From Balamuthia mandrillaris (lineage: Eukaryota): a stretch of DNA of 64,000 nt. The notes below the pieces were generated by a model. That model saw nothing but the letters and a program-made list of their open reading frames with translations. It was not told the DNA's origin and made no database searches. A program made the position numbers and the translations under genes. Positions 41,101 to 52,872 of the stretch are shown here, one piece after another. The DNA is taken from the NCBI GenBank assembly GCA_031835245.2, contig JAVKOQ020000044.1, positions 124,001-188,000 on the forward strand. Reading direction: 5' to 3'. The first letter of the stretch is position 1. Each line of letters opens with the position of its first letter.

Positions 41101-41759
41101 ACAATCAAGGTGCAGAATACTGCTGGTCCTGAAACGGATAACTCTTTCTTCTTTAGTGTGCTTTTCAACTATAAATAAATACTTTCTTGAGAACAAGAAG
41201 AGAACATACTTATACATAAACACATTTGTTTCCTTCTCTTTCATCATATGTTTGGCTTTCCTTTTTCTCATGGTTTCTTTATTCATTCTATGCTCAACAT
41301 AACCATTATTCTTTTTTCTCTTTCATATTATATATAAAAACAACTTTCAAATGTTGTGTTTTGGTTGCCTTATAGTTGAAGGGTGTCCAAAAAGTTGTGA
41401 CTATTTCAATTTTTTTAAGGAGAGAAAAAGTAAAATAGAGAGTGATTGTGAAGAAGCAATATTAGCAAGTACAAGCAGTACACACACCTTCAAACCTCAC
41501 TTGAGAAAATCACCTCCCAAGGTAGCAAAGCAATTCGCTTGAAGATTTGCTAATCCCTTGTATATGTTTCTTTCTTTCATTCTAATAAAGTTCATTTATC
41601 TCTAGCCATACTGATAACAGCTCATCTAATAACTTAGATCTCACTGAAGTCATTGTGTGAAGCATGCAGAAGCAATCATTTGCATCCCCTACACAGAGAA
41701 AATATGGCTTGCAAGCAACCGTAGAGGAACTGATCTGCCAGGTGGGCCTGAAACTCTTA

Positions 41760-44150
41760 CTAGCACTGGGGTTTCAGGCCCACTTCACAGGAAATAACAA
41801 GCTCAACATGTGTAGCTGGCAAGGTAAAAGGGTCTGAGGGACCTTGGGTAGAAACCGGTTCCCCAATGAGGCAGCCCAGTGCAGCAGCAGATTCTGATCC
41901 AAAGAGGGCAATATGGTTCAGTGCAGAGGCCAAAAAGATAGGTTGTTCAGGGTGGTTTGAATTGTGTGTAGTGACAGCATTTTCCTGGGCACTAGTCCAA
42001 CCTGCTGTACAGATGATGACCTGCACATAAGAGATTGGGTGTGGTGTAGTAGCACAGAATGCTCGCTAGCTGCACAATAATGCTGCTTTTTCTGAGTTAT
42101 GGCCCTCAAGGAATTTATCAATACCTAAGAATGTAAAAAGCAATAAGAGTTTTTGTCACTACCCAAAACTCAGTCTTTTGCTGTACTGTTATGAGGCAAA
42201 GTTGCTCATCAGAAGCAAAGAAAGCAGCATCGAGCAGCACAAGACCATTACATGGTTGCATGACTTTCAAGAAATCCTTGTTACTAAAGAATTCCAAAGC
42301 AGCCAATTGGAGATCATCAAGTGAGGTAGAGCATTTAGCCAATATTCTGAAGTCACCAACAGCAAGCTGATCCACCATTCCACATCCCCAATCACTCAGC
42401 AAATCTGCCAATGCCTTGTTTTAGTAATGAAGAACTTGATTAATGACAGCATATTCAGCATTGTTTCCATAACTGGTGCCCATTGCTCACTTGATACAGT
42501 GGGTGATGAAATGATCACAGACAAAGTAGGCATTTTTTAGCTCTCATTGGCAACCAAATCCGATAAGTCTGCAGAACCTTGGCAATAGATATTGCCACTG
42601 CATAGACGATAACAGAAAAGCAAAAAGAGGTGAAGCTCCTGGCTAGAGACTGGTAAGGCCAGGTTGCTTATGCATAATGGTTCACTTTGGTGGAGTAGAC
42701 ACTGAAAGCCACAATCTAACACCTGCTCATAAAGCTCTTGTTGGGCTTTAAAGTGGATATGCTTGACAATTTTGTGTAGGGGTTGTTTAACTTGTCATGG
42801 ATAGTGTATAACATTGTACTCTCGCATGAAGCAGTTAAAAAAGAACCCAGGTCGCCTGCACCAACATTGAAGAGTTTCTTGCACTTTTATAAGGTCTGTT
42901 TCTGACTCTCCAAGGTCATTCATCAACGGTTCCCAAATGGAAAAAAAGGTAGAAGCAAAAATGGCAGTTTGATGGGGTAGGTGAATCAAGTATTCTTGGA
43001 GGACCCACTGTATGCCCAAGAAAAGCGTGGTGTAATTCTTGTAAGGATAAGAATCAGGCCTCATCTTAAAGCCTCATTCATAACATTGCCACTCTAACAC
43101 ATCATTGGGATGCTGCTCCTTGTAATCCAAATGGAAGAGCAAACCAACAGCTTCATGAGGTCGCTTCAACAGCACATGACACTCATCTATCGCTAGGGTT
43201 GGGCTATTTAACTGTAAAGAGAGCTCTGCATGTTGTTGGAGGATAATGAATATTTCTCCGGATCAGTGTTTAGCATTTTGTTGACCTCAGATACAAAGAT
43301 GTTGTGGATGTATTTTCTTCCACAAAGAAGCATTGAAATGGTCTACCTCCTCTCCAATTGTGATCAGCTCTTGTGGATCAGCACTAAATAACTTATCTAC
43401 TTTGAAGTGTTCTAAAATAAGAGGGCCATGGAGTTAATGGCCTGCACAAGTGAGAGGTAGCAGGAGCATATTCACATGGTGGTGTTACAAGATAAGTACC
43501 TTTGTAGTCTAAGGTATAGTTCAAATGAGCGAGGAAGAAGAGGTGAATAAAGTTAAAAACTCAGCAGTTGTGTAGCTGCCACTCTGCAAACGTGATTTGG
43601 GGTTTGATGTGCTCTGCTTCCCAAATTACATACTGTTGCAAGGCTCGCCAGACATCATTGGAGTTGTCCAGCCAGATCAACAAAAGTGAAGCCTTTTTTA
43701 GAGAGTTAAACTTGTGCTCACTTTTTCTAAAGTGCATACCTACCATGGTAGCCTGCACTAGACCCAAACAGGACAGTTATTGCTGTGTGGAACAGGTCTT
43801 GATTTTTTTGAGCTCAGTGTAGGGGTTCGCAACTACTTCTTCCCCAAAGTACCACCTTGAGAATTGTGTCTGCTTTTTGCAAACCTTTGTGGCCAAGGCA
43901 TGAATTCCATCCAAGTCAGGCTTCCTATTTTCATTCAGTCTTTTAGTCAAGAGTGAAGACCTTGAAGAAATATGTAAGACTTGGAGGAAAGATGGAGGAG
44001 CAAAACTTACATCATTGCTGTTTGACATACTTCTGATTCACTCAGCATATCTAGAGAGGGGAAGATAGCCTTTTTCTTTTTGTTTCCGTCTCCATTTGCT
44101 CCTCTGCTTCTTCCTCCTGTTCTGTCTGTTTGTACAGAATGCAGCCAAAA
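41760..44150 (-). pseudogene. Decayed large ORF with a Walker-B-like motif; possibly a Crinkler-like/P-loop NTPase relic
   Basis: Consecutive minus-strand ORF fragments, TLAIDECHVLL (hhhhDE) near 43170-43200, N-terminal linker EEQMETETKRKRLSSP, numerous stops. Confidence 0.35.
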
Positions 44151-44179
44151 GACCATATTTTATTAAAATCTAATGAGCA

Positions 44180-44625
44180 TAAACTCTGACAGAAGGATGA
44201 CAGAGAAGTTCCTGACCAACCAAGACACAAGCTTCTTGTGGAGATCATCCACCAGGTTGTAGAGAGGATCCTCTGGCGAAGCCAAGCAGTGGCCCTTCAG
44301 AGACGGCACCATTGTCTGTGGTTGCCCTTGGTGCCCTTACTCTGCATGCAACTCAGGCGGTGGCACAGCTTGCCTATCTCGTTGATGTCCACTTTGCCCC
44401 ACTCAGTGACCTCCCTGCAGCTGTTGTAGGTGGTCATGAATGTGCGCACTCCTGGATCCAAGGCAATGATGCCTGCCTTTCTCCTTTGGTGCTCACGGGC
44501 TTGGCTCTTGCCCATGAGCTTCAAAGGCAGAGGTAGTAATGGCCCAGTCGAGTGTCTTTTACCAGATGAATGGCATAGAGCACCCCTGATGGAACTTTGT
44601 AGTTCTTGTCCCTCACTTTGATTCG
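44180..44625 (-). mobile_element. Fanzor2/TnpB-like nuclease, WED/RuvC-I/bridge segment (disrupted, 3'-truncated)
   Basis: AIHLVKDTRLGHYYLCL, GIIALDPGVRTFMTTY (RuvC-I Asp), VTEWGKVDINEIGKLCHRL, NLVDDLHKKLVSWLVRNFSVILL; no zinc finger or RuvC-III seen. Confidence 0.88.
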
Positions 44626-46398
44626 TGTCCTCAACGTTTAGCATAGGAGAGGAGTCCTTCACTGTCCATTTGTTTAACTCTCTGTAATTGATACAGACTA
44701 GTGGTTTTCGGTCCTTCTTGATGACAATGATTACTAGGTGGGCCCATTCACTGACAAATTTGTGAATGATGCCCATGAGCAGCATATCATCCATGGCAGC
44801 ATTGATGGTCTCCTGAACCTCGATGCTGACCTTGTGAGGTTTTACACAGTATAATCCGTTAGGATTTATCTTGTGGAAAGGAAGTTTAACCCCTCCTGGT
44901 ATGATAAGGCCGGTAGGGGAACAACCTAACAGATACCAACTCAATGGGTGTAGGGAAAAGACTCTTAATAAAATGAAAGAAAGAGATGTATATACAAGGA
45001 GAGAGGGATAGGTATTATGGGAGAGCGGTATAACACTGGCTTGTAGCAGAAAATGTCCTTGAATTCAAGGGCCAGCTCTAGAAGCCATGCTTTCTGCCTG
45101 ATATCCAGGTCCACATCATTCAGGAGCTTTCTCAACCCTGTCATTACCTCTTCCTTGGTGGGAAGCTCCATTGGGTAGATGATGTCCATGATGTCTTGGG
45201 TCTCCTTTGTGACTAAGGTGCACACTCAGTTGTCATCAGAGTCACAAGACAAACCTTAACCAGTGTCCTTCTTCTTGCTTTGGTCAACACATTTCTTTTC
45301 TGAGCACTCTCTTGTCCAGTGCTCTCTTGACTTGCAGTTGTAGCAAAAGGTCACTTTTTCCTCTGGTCATTGCCAAAACTACTGTCGTTGTTGTTCTTCT
45401 CCTGCCTTGAGCTCTTTGACCAGTGGTCCAAGCTCCTCTTTGCATGTTTTCGTCCTTCCCAGTCTCTAGCAAGGTTCAGGGCATCAGCCATATTAGTGAT
45501 GTCTTCCTGCTGAAGGAAATTCTCCTTCAGGTTTGGAACAGCACCTGCAATGAACTTCTCCAAGACCTGAGTCTCACTGAAATCTGTGAGGAAAGCCTCT
45601 CACAGCACTGTATGTGCTCACAAGTTCCAGGCATCTACAAACTCATCAATGTTCATCTGGAGGTTTCCAAGCTTCATTATCTTAGCAGTTGCTTGGTCAC
45701 AATGCTGAAAGCAGTTGAGGAGCTGTGTTTTTGCCTCCATGGGAGTTAGTAGGACTCCACCTTTAGTTTGTTCTTGCTCAAGGAAGCGGCAAGCGACATC
45801 AGTATTGTCACAAAGTTGTCCTTCAAAGTGAAGGATATAGTCCTGATGACTCCAGCCAGCAGCAGTTGCATAGTGGTTAAATGAAGTCAAAAAGATGTTT
45901 GAGTCCTTGTTTGGCTTGCCATGGAAAATCGACAGTGTTTCTGCAATAAGCAGACTCTGCATTAGCCAATTATCGCCCAAGCTGTCACCAGTGTTGTGTT
46001 AAGCTGTATGTCATCATAAATCTTGACAGTGGGCTGTGAGATTAAATGCAGGTTTTCTCTTTTCCTTCTCCTTTTCTTCCTCTTCACTTAAGGATGAAGA
46101 GCTGGACCCAGAGCTGAGATCATCATCCTTATCTACAAGTTGGGCCTTATGAAGAGTTTGCAGTTGAGAGATTGCCTTGTTAAGAGCTGCTAAAGCTACA
46201 TTGTTGTACTCATTCACTTGTTTGATGTTGTTAGAGAGCTCATTAGCAAAAGTTTCCAACTTTGCATCAATATGATCAATACAGTCAAAAAAAAAGAAGG
46301 AAGCATCACTGGCTTGCTTGACCAAGAGCCTGTCATGGTCTGCTCGGCTTGCATGAAGCTCAGAGAGAGCCTGGTCTATGGCATCTAATCTGATCAGG
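44626..46398 (-). mobile_element. Ty3/Gypsy gag and N-terminal RT, decayed
   Basis: Gag-like IFHGKPNKDSNIFLTSFNHYATAAGW; LELALEFKDIFCYKPGGVKLPFHKI; SEWAHLVIIVIKKDRKPLVCINYRELNKWTVKDSSPMLNVED (RT motifs 1-2). Confidence 0.85.
44900..45035. mobile_element. 136-bp solo-LTR-like insertion with 4-bp TSD (CTGG)
   Basis: CTGG at 44896-44899 and 45036-45039; removing the insert and one TSD restores the pol frame CYKPGGVKLPFHKI; ends ...GTATAACA; partial copies at 46399-46488 and about 49327-49378. Confidence 0.75.
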
Positions 46399-46488
46399 GT
46401 AGGGAAAAGACCTTTAATAAAATGAAAGAAAGAAAGATATATATACAAGGAGAGATAGGGATAGGTATTATGGGAAAGTGGTATAACA
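46399..46488. repeat. Second, truncated copy of the LTR-like repeat
   Basis: GTAGGGAAAAGAC...AATAAAATGAAAGAAAG...TATATACAAGGAGAG...GGGATAGGTATTATGGGA...GGTATAACA matches 44950-45035. Confidence 0.85.
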
Positions 46489-46991
46489 AGGTTTTTGACA
46501 GTTTTTAGTGACTTTTTTGTAATGGCTGTTTTTAATATGAATGGTTTTTAATGGCCAGCTTTTAGTGATCTGCACTAATAGCTAACCAAAAACTGTTGTA
46601 TTATCTCAATAAACATTGTTTTAGTAGAAGTTGGAAGTATGTTATACACAGGTCAAAAAGGTAGGACTTTTGATTGAAGCTAACATTGTTCCATTCTCCA
46701 TCCAAAATTGACAGTAGTACAACACAGGTAGTTTCACATTTCAAGCAAATTTTCTACTGAGATAAACAATGTAAAAGAAAAGAGACCCTACCCTCTACTA
46801 CTACAGAGCCCCTCTAAAGTCTCAAAGCCCTAGCTCTGCCAAGGGAGGAGCTCTGTAGTAAGATCTCAGTGAGATAGAGCTATAGCATAAGTAATGCCTA
46901 TTAGAGGGCCTTCAGGGCTTTAGCCCTTAATCCACTAAGAGAAGAGGGCCCTCACAAAGTGTTCATCTGCTTTTTCCAATACTTGATGGGC

Positions 46992-47560
46992 CTAAGCAAG
47001 CAACCCAGGAGTTTTCATCTTCATCTTGTCTATCCAACAGACAAGATAATAGCAATCATTGAAGGCATGGTCTAATAACTTTTCCACTTCACAGTAATCA
47101 TCTAAGACAGGAGGAGGCTTAAACAGATGTTCTACTAAGGAAGGGCTAGCTCTCTTGAAAAGAGAAGGAGGCACTCAGTCGGAAATAACAGAACCACTAG
47201 AACATTTGCACCAGCATTATTCCTTTTCTTGACAATAGAGAGACCGAGGTGCTTAGGAGCCTTCTTAGTACCAGAGTTGTGAAGCATGACTTTGTCACCT
47301 AGAGCAAACTCAGTAGATTGCTGAAGGCAATTGTAGAAAGAGGCTATCTTGTTTTTGTAATCATTTGTAGCTTTTTGAATAGCAGGCCAGACTAGGAAAC
47401 TGAGCTGGTCAATTTGGGAACAGCACCCAGAAGCAGAAATGGGATCTGAAGAGACTTGAGGGTAGTTATCAGGGAGAGTCACAGGTCTGCCAGAGAAAGC
47501 TTGAAGGGAGAAGACTTGCATTGTATAGTGGTACTCATTAACAGCAAACTGTATTACAAG
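46992..47560 (-). mobile_element. Second Gypsy-like relic: integrase C-terminus with a chromodomain-like segment
   Basis: FALGDKVMLHN (integrase C-terminal/GPY-F-like region) and DDYCEVEKLLDH...YYLVCW (chromodomain-like). Confidence 0.55.
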
Positions 47561-50316
47561 AAGAAAGGTTGACGATGACATCAGCGGCAGAAAACTCATT
47601 ACTTAGAATGTTTAATGCTATTGCCTTTTTTCTTTCTTTTTCTCTCTTTGTGGAAACTATCTAAAGGTCTACTGTCTGCAGATCTGGTTCTCCTTGGGTG
47701 CTCCTTTTTCCTTGGCCTTTTTCTTCTTTTCTTTTTTTTTCTATTCTCTTTGTAAGCAATAATAAGAAGGCAGCAGAGGATGTTTACTATACATGTAAGG
47801 GAAAAGTATTGATAGTTAAGAAGGCAACCAGAAAGAAAGAGACTCAGTGTTGTGAAGTGACTTCATGGTTTCTTTGTTCTTAAGTTCTAAGCTTAGGAAA
47901 GTTCCAGGGAAGGCAGGAGGAGGACATTTTTTGAATGGCCTGGTGTCAAAAGAAGAAAGGAATGAAGAAAGAAACAAAGAAAGAGTTGACTATGTTGGTA
48001 GTTGCCAACAGAGTATTCAGTTAGCTGTTACTTCCTCTTTCCTTTTGTTCTCTTGGTGCACAATAGATGGGGCAAAGTGAAGTAGTTTAGAGAGACAGCC
48101 ATTGTACTTTGCCTTAATACACCTAGTTCAAGTTTTGTTGGAAGAAGTTAGAATAGTGTAAAGGCAGAATGGTGACTTTTCTTACCACCTTTCATCACTG
48201 AGGTAGGAAATGATCTCCTCAGTACCATCAATGGCTGTTGTTGCTATTGTCTATTTTTGCTTTATTCCCTTATATTCCTCTTGCTCCATCCTTTTCTCCT
48301 TCTCCCAGCTTAACTCTTCCAACTTGCACAAAGGAACAATATTATGTTTCTAGATTTGTTAACAACTGCCAACATAACCAACAACTTGCTTCTTTCTTCA
48401 TTCTTCCTCAGTTTATATCAGTACTGAGCCCACATCAGCTTCTTGTGATTTCCCATAGATTTCTCTGTTGTGGAACTTAGGAACTTTTCTTTCTTCTTTC
48501 TAATGCATGGCTTCTCTTGATTAGTTATTTTTCTCTTTCATTTTGTCTCTTTCTTTCTTTATCTTCTCTTTTCTTTCTCTCAGAACAGGAACAAGTAATA
48601 AACACACACACATTCTCTGTCACGACACTTTCCTTTCATTAAAAGCCTAATCTTGGTCTCATTCACTTTTTTGCATTCTTGCATTACTGGTCTGAGCTAA
48701 CAGATACCTCTTTCTCAGTCAAATATATACTCTGTCAAGCCATCATATTTAAGATCCTTTTCCTGTAAGCCTTCTTTTTCTTTTTACTTCCCTTGTTGAA
48801 ATCTGTGCAAGTACAAAAAGGAAGTAATGTGTGTAGAAAAAGTATTATTGTGTAAAAGAAGAAATAACAAACATTGCATACAAGGCTATAAATGCATATG
48901 GAGATTAGAAAGGAGAAAGCAAAGGATAGCTAGCTGCTATGAAGTTAGTCTGAAAGCTCATTTAACACCTTTCACTTGTGAACTAAAAACAATTTGAAAG
49001 GCATTGAGGATGAGGGAGTAAGAAAATTAGAGATATGTTGGAAAACTGACAATTTGCATCATTATGACTTCCTGTCAACACTTTCCCTGGTCATCCCAAA
49101 TTTTCTCACCCCTTTTTATTTTCCCTTTTTCCTCATGACACACTCAAAGTACACACTTTGGTCCACACCTTTTTTCTTGTGAATAAACTCAAAGTCACTT
49201 ACATGCTATCCCTTTCTTGATCCACAGAGTTTATCCCCCATCAACAGATACAATATGGATGTACAATGCTTACTTTTTATGTATAAATTAGTGTTGTTCT
49301 CAGAGCAAATAAACTTCTTATGACTACATATATAAGGAGAGATAGGGATAGGTATTATGGGAGAGTAGTATAATAGTACTGTAGTATGACTAGTATTATA
49401 TGTATGAATGGACAGCTTTCTGAGAAGAGGAATTAAGAAAGGAGGTTTATTGACTTTCTTATTCAATGTATATATTGATGGGATGACAAGAAAGCTTTAA
49501 GTGACAGAGGAAAAGGAAGGAAAAGATAAAGCAAGGAATAGTTATGTGTTGTTTGTAGATGATTTAGCAGTGGTGACCAGTGATCTATCCATGCCACCTA
49601 ATTGATGTTAATATAGAAGAGCACAAATGTTTTGTTTCACACAAAGGGTGAAATAAAAGGAAAAACTCCTTGTGGTGTAATAGCAGGCAATTGGTCCACA
49701 TCACAGATGTTGACAGAAATAAAAGGAATGAAAAGGAACAACAGAGTGATTGTATTGAGATAATCAAACTGGCACACTCATTCCCTTCTTTGCCTTCTAC
49801 TACTTCACTTCATTTAAACCTACTTTTTCTATTTCTTCAACTGCTGAGCAATACACATGCTTTAAGGGCAAGCTCAGAATCTTTCATGGGCATTTGCTGT
49901 GCTCTTTAGATCTGATTATCACAATAGGTTGCTTACCTATATTGTATTGTAATCCATTACACTGACTGCCTAGAAAAGTCAAGTTACATATACCACTTAT
50001 TGCTATTATCATAAGATGCAACATGCATCTGCCAGAATCTACTTCAAAGGGCACGACCTCATGATTATTGTCATAAAAAGCTAGTAAAGTGGCACTGTGC
50101 TGCTATCTAGTTCAAAACCCAGTGCATAGTTAGGCTTCCAGACAGATTTAGAACTGCAATGCCATGTTGACCCGGTCTCACTGCAGGTTTCCCTAGCACA
50201 AGGCCAAAGAGTATCCTAGTGCAATGTTTGTGTAGATGCAGGACTTATACAAGCTTAGCTAGGATACAAGCTTAGCTAGAATTGTTGAGTTTTGCATAAG
50301 TTTAATAAGCTCCTCT

Positions 50317-51796
50317 TCAGTGGAATAAATTTTGGAAAAGTTCTTCAGCCACAGGCCATGGCTTTGTATCTGGGATAGGAGGCATAAAATTTACCAAAGC
50401 ACCTTGAACATCATACCTTTGAATGCATTGTTAGAGGGAGAGAGGCAGAGGGAGAGGCAGAGGGAGAGAAATACCGTATTTTTCTTCCTTTACTTGCCCG
50501 TTGATCAACAACACGCTTTTTCTTCTTTGCTTGGAGCTTTTGTGCCTTTACATAGTTTCGTCCTATTGAGTCTGGATCTAATAACAGCACCAAATCAGAA
50601 CCTATTTTATTGGTGCAAAAAGGCAATAGAAAGAATATACCCATTGCATCTGCGCTACTACTCTCAATAAACTCCCTCAAAAGCTTGTTGTAAAAATCCG
50701 AGTCATCAAATATTTCGTCGTCAAAGAGCTCTTCCTGTGGAGGCCCATCTTCTTCCTGTTAGAGTCTTCAGTCAGATCGAAAACCGAGCTAATAAGATTT
50801 TCATGTCCATACGAACCTGAAGCAAGTCTTTGGCAAATACTGAGTATGAGGATCGTCGTAATTGAGTACGCTTTACCAAACGATCTTCATCTTTTAGCAC
50901 TTGTTCTATTTGTCTTATTGCGTTCTAAAAGCAACCATAAGTATCAGTAAAATTAAAGTACAAATAGTACCGACTTACCCCGCCAATGGCTTTAAGATTT
51001 TTATTTAATAGAGCTCCTCCCGAAGTTATTTGTGTCTTGTCGCTCCACTTTTGCACTACGTCATTTACCTTGGGATACATACTTTAGACATTTTAAAAGT
51101 GTTAGAAAAATTTACCTAAACAACAGATCAATAAAATGAGGAAAAAGAAAGGAAAAGCTGCATACACTTCAGTTAGGCCTTTTATGCGAAGCCAAGTAGC
51201 TTCAAGCTCATCCTGGTCACCGTTATCATCTTCTCGCTTCCTTTTAGCTGCATTGGAGCCCTCTGATGCGGCTTTGAACGTTTCGCTTTGAGAAAATAAA
51301 ACCTGTGACAAACTTCAGTGCTCCAGGCCAGCAGGAACAAAAATGGGATTGCAAACCTGCTCTAAGTTGGTAAGTTCCCCAAGAAGACCTACGATAGCGG
51401 AGTCAAGCTCGTTTATATTTCGACCAATCTGTTGGTCTTGTTGTAGGAACAGTGCATAGGAATCGTGCTATTTTTAACCGTTTATGAGCAACAAAAAACG
51501 AAATGAATAACGCTTTAATCTAGTGGAGCGAAATACGACACCTGCGGCATGCGAGATGCCATGCCTAACGCTTTTTGCAATCGAATGCGCAGGTCTAAGA
51601 AGGCATTCCACAATATCTTTGGGCATGATGGGCGTCAGTGTTGAGAACGGTTGAATAACGGAAATAAGGTGTGTCCCTTACCAGCTGGTTCATGGCATGG
51701 GTGGCCTTTTCCATCTCTTTGGTGTTATCTCCGCTAAGGGCGGCAACTGTAGCCCTGTTAAATTACTTTTAGCTACAAGAGAGAGAAAACAGAGAG

Positions 51797-51837
<41 letters not shown>

Positions 51838-52599
51838 AAGAAAAAGCGAGAAGAGTGAAGAGTGAAGAGGGAAAAGAGAGAAGGGAAATAAGCGATAAGA
51901 GAAATAAGAGAGAAGCAAGAGAAACGAGAAGAGCAAAGCGAGAAAACGAGGCTTCTGAACCTTTGTTGTTCTCTCTCTAATTCTTCCAATTCCTTTTCCA
52001 CGTCCTCGGCACTCCTGTCGAAGAGGGAATTGAGGTTTGCGTCTGTTCTTGTGCTAACCTGTTGCTCCTGTTCTTCTTCACTTCCAGAGTCATCTTCCTC
52101 CTCCTCTTCGTCCAAGTCATTCTCCGGTTGATCGTCGTCGCTGCTCAAATCGTGCGGATACCGAAGGTCGGATTCTTCTGAAAATTCTTCTTCGGAGGAC
52201 GAGCGAGGAATAGTGTAGCCTTCAGCATCAGCCAAAATTTGTCTTGAGGTGGCTTTGCCCTCATATTTAGGGCCAAGGGATAATGCGGGCCGCAAAGGTA
52301 GCCTCTCCCCTCTGGGAGACCTCTTTGTTAGCGAGGATTGTGACCGAATTGAATATGGAGTACGTACCCCTTACGCACTTGACTATCGTCCTCATTTATA
52401 GAGTCCGAAAAGTAGTCGGCAGAGGCAAGCTTAGCGCCCTCCCCCAGAAAGCCTTCCTCTTCTTTAATTCAACGAAGCAAACCGGTAAACCCTTCATGTG
52501 CACCTCACTCACAGCGGAAGTAAAGGAGAAAAACGCACCTCCATGGGTTGCCTTCGGAGAAGGGTCAAATAGTTGCGCGAGTGTTCGAGAGAGAGGCAT
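50317..52599 (-). CDS. AATF: AATF/Che-1/Bfr2 (pre-ribosome factor), multi-exon
   Basis: MPLSRTLAQLFDPSPK, LGPKYEGKATSR, acidic tract, IFDDSDFYNKLLREFIE, VDQRASKGRKIRYDVQGALVNFMPP...EELFQNLFH* (TRAUB domain). Confidence 0.88.
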
Positions 52600-52872
52600 C
52601 AAGAAGAGCTCTACCACCACCACCACCACCACCACCCGTTCGTTCGTTCTTTCTTTCTTTTTTCTTTTCTTTGGTTGGCATGATCTGATCTGATCTCTAA
52701 ACACGATCGATAATGCTGACGTCAGAGTTAATTAGCGCCAACGCAGGCTGGCTGGCTGGTTGGCTGGGCTGCCACAACGCGCAAGCTAGCTCAGCCACCA
52801 CCCCCCCCACACCCCCACACCAACCACCACCCCACCCACAACCACACCACCACACCGCCGCTGCACCAAAAC

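Noticed and set aside
46798..46860. Inverted repeat TACTACAGAGC...GCTCTGTAGTA
   Set aside because: An isolated 11-bp stem in decayed TE DNA; it cannot be assigned to an ncRNA or MITE.
50247..50279. 16-bp tandem duplication ATACAAGCTTAGCTAG at the island edge
   Set aside because: It could be an excision footprint, but no matching element end was identified.
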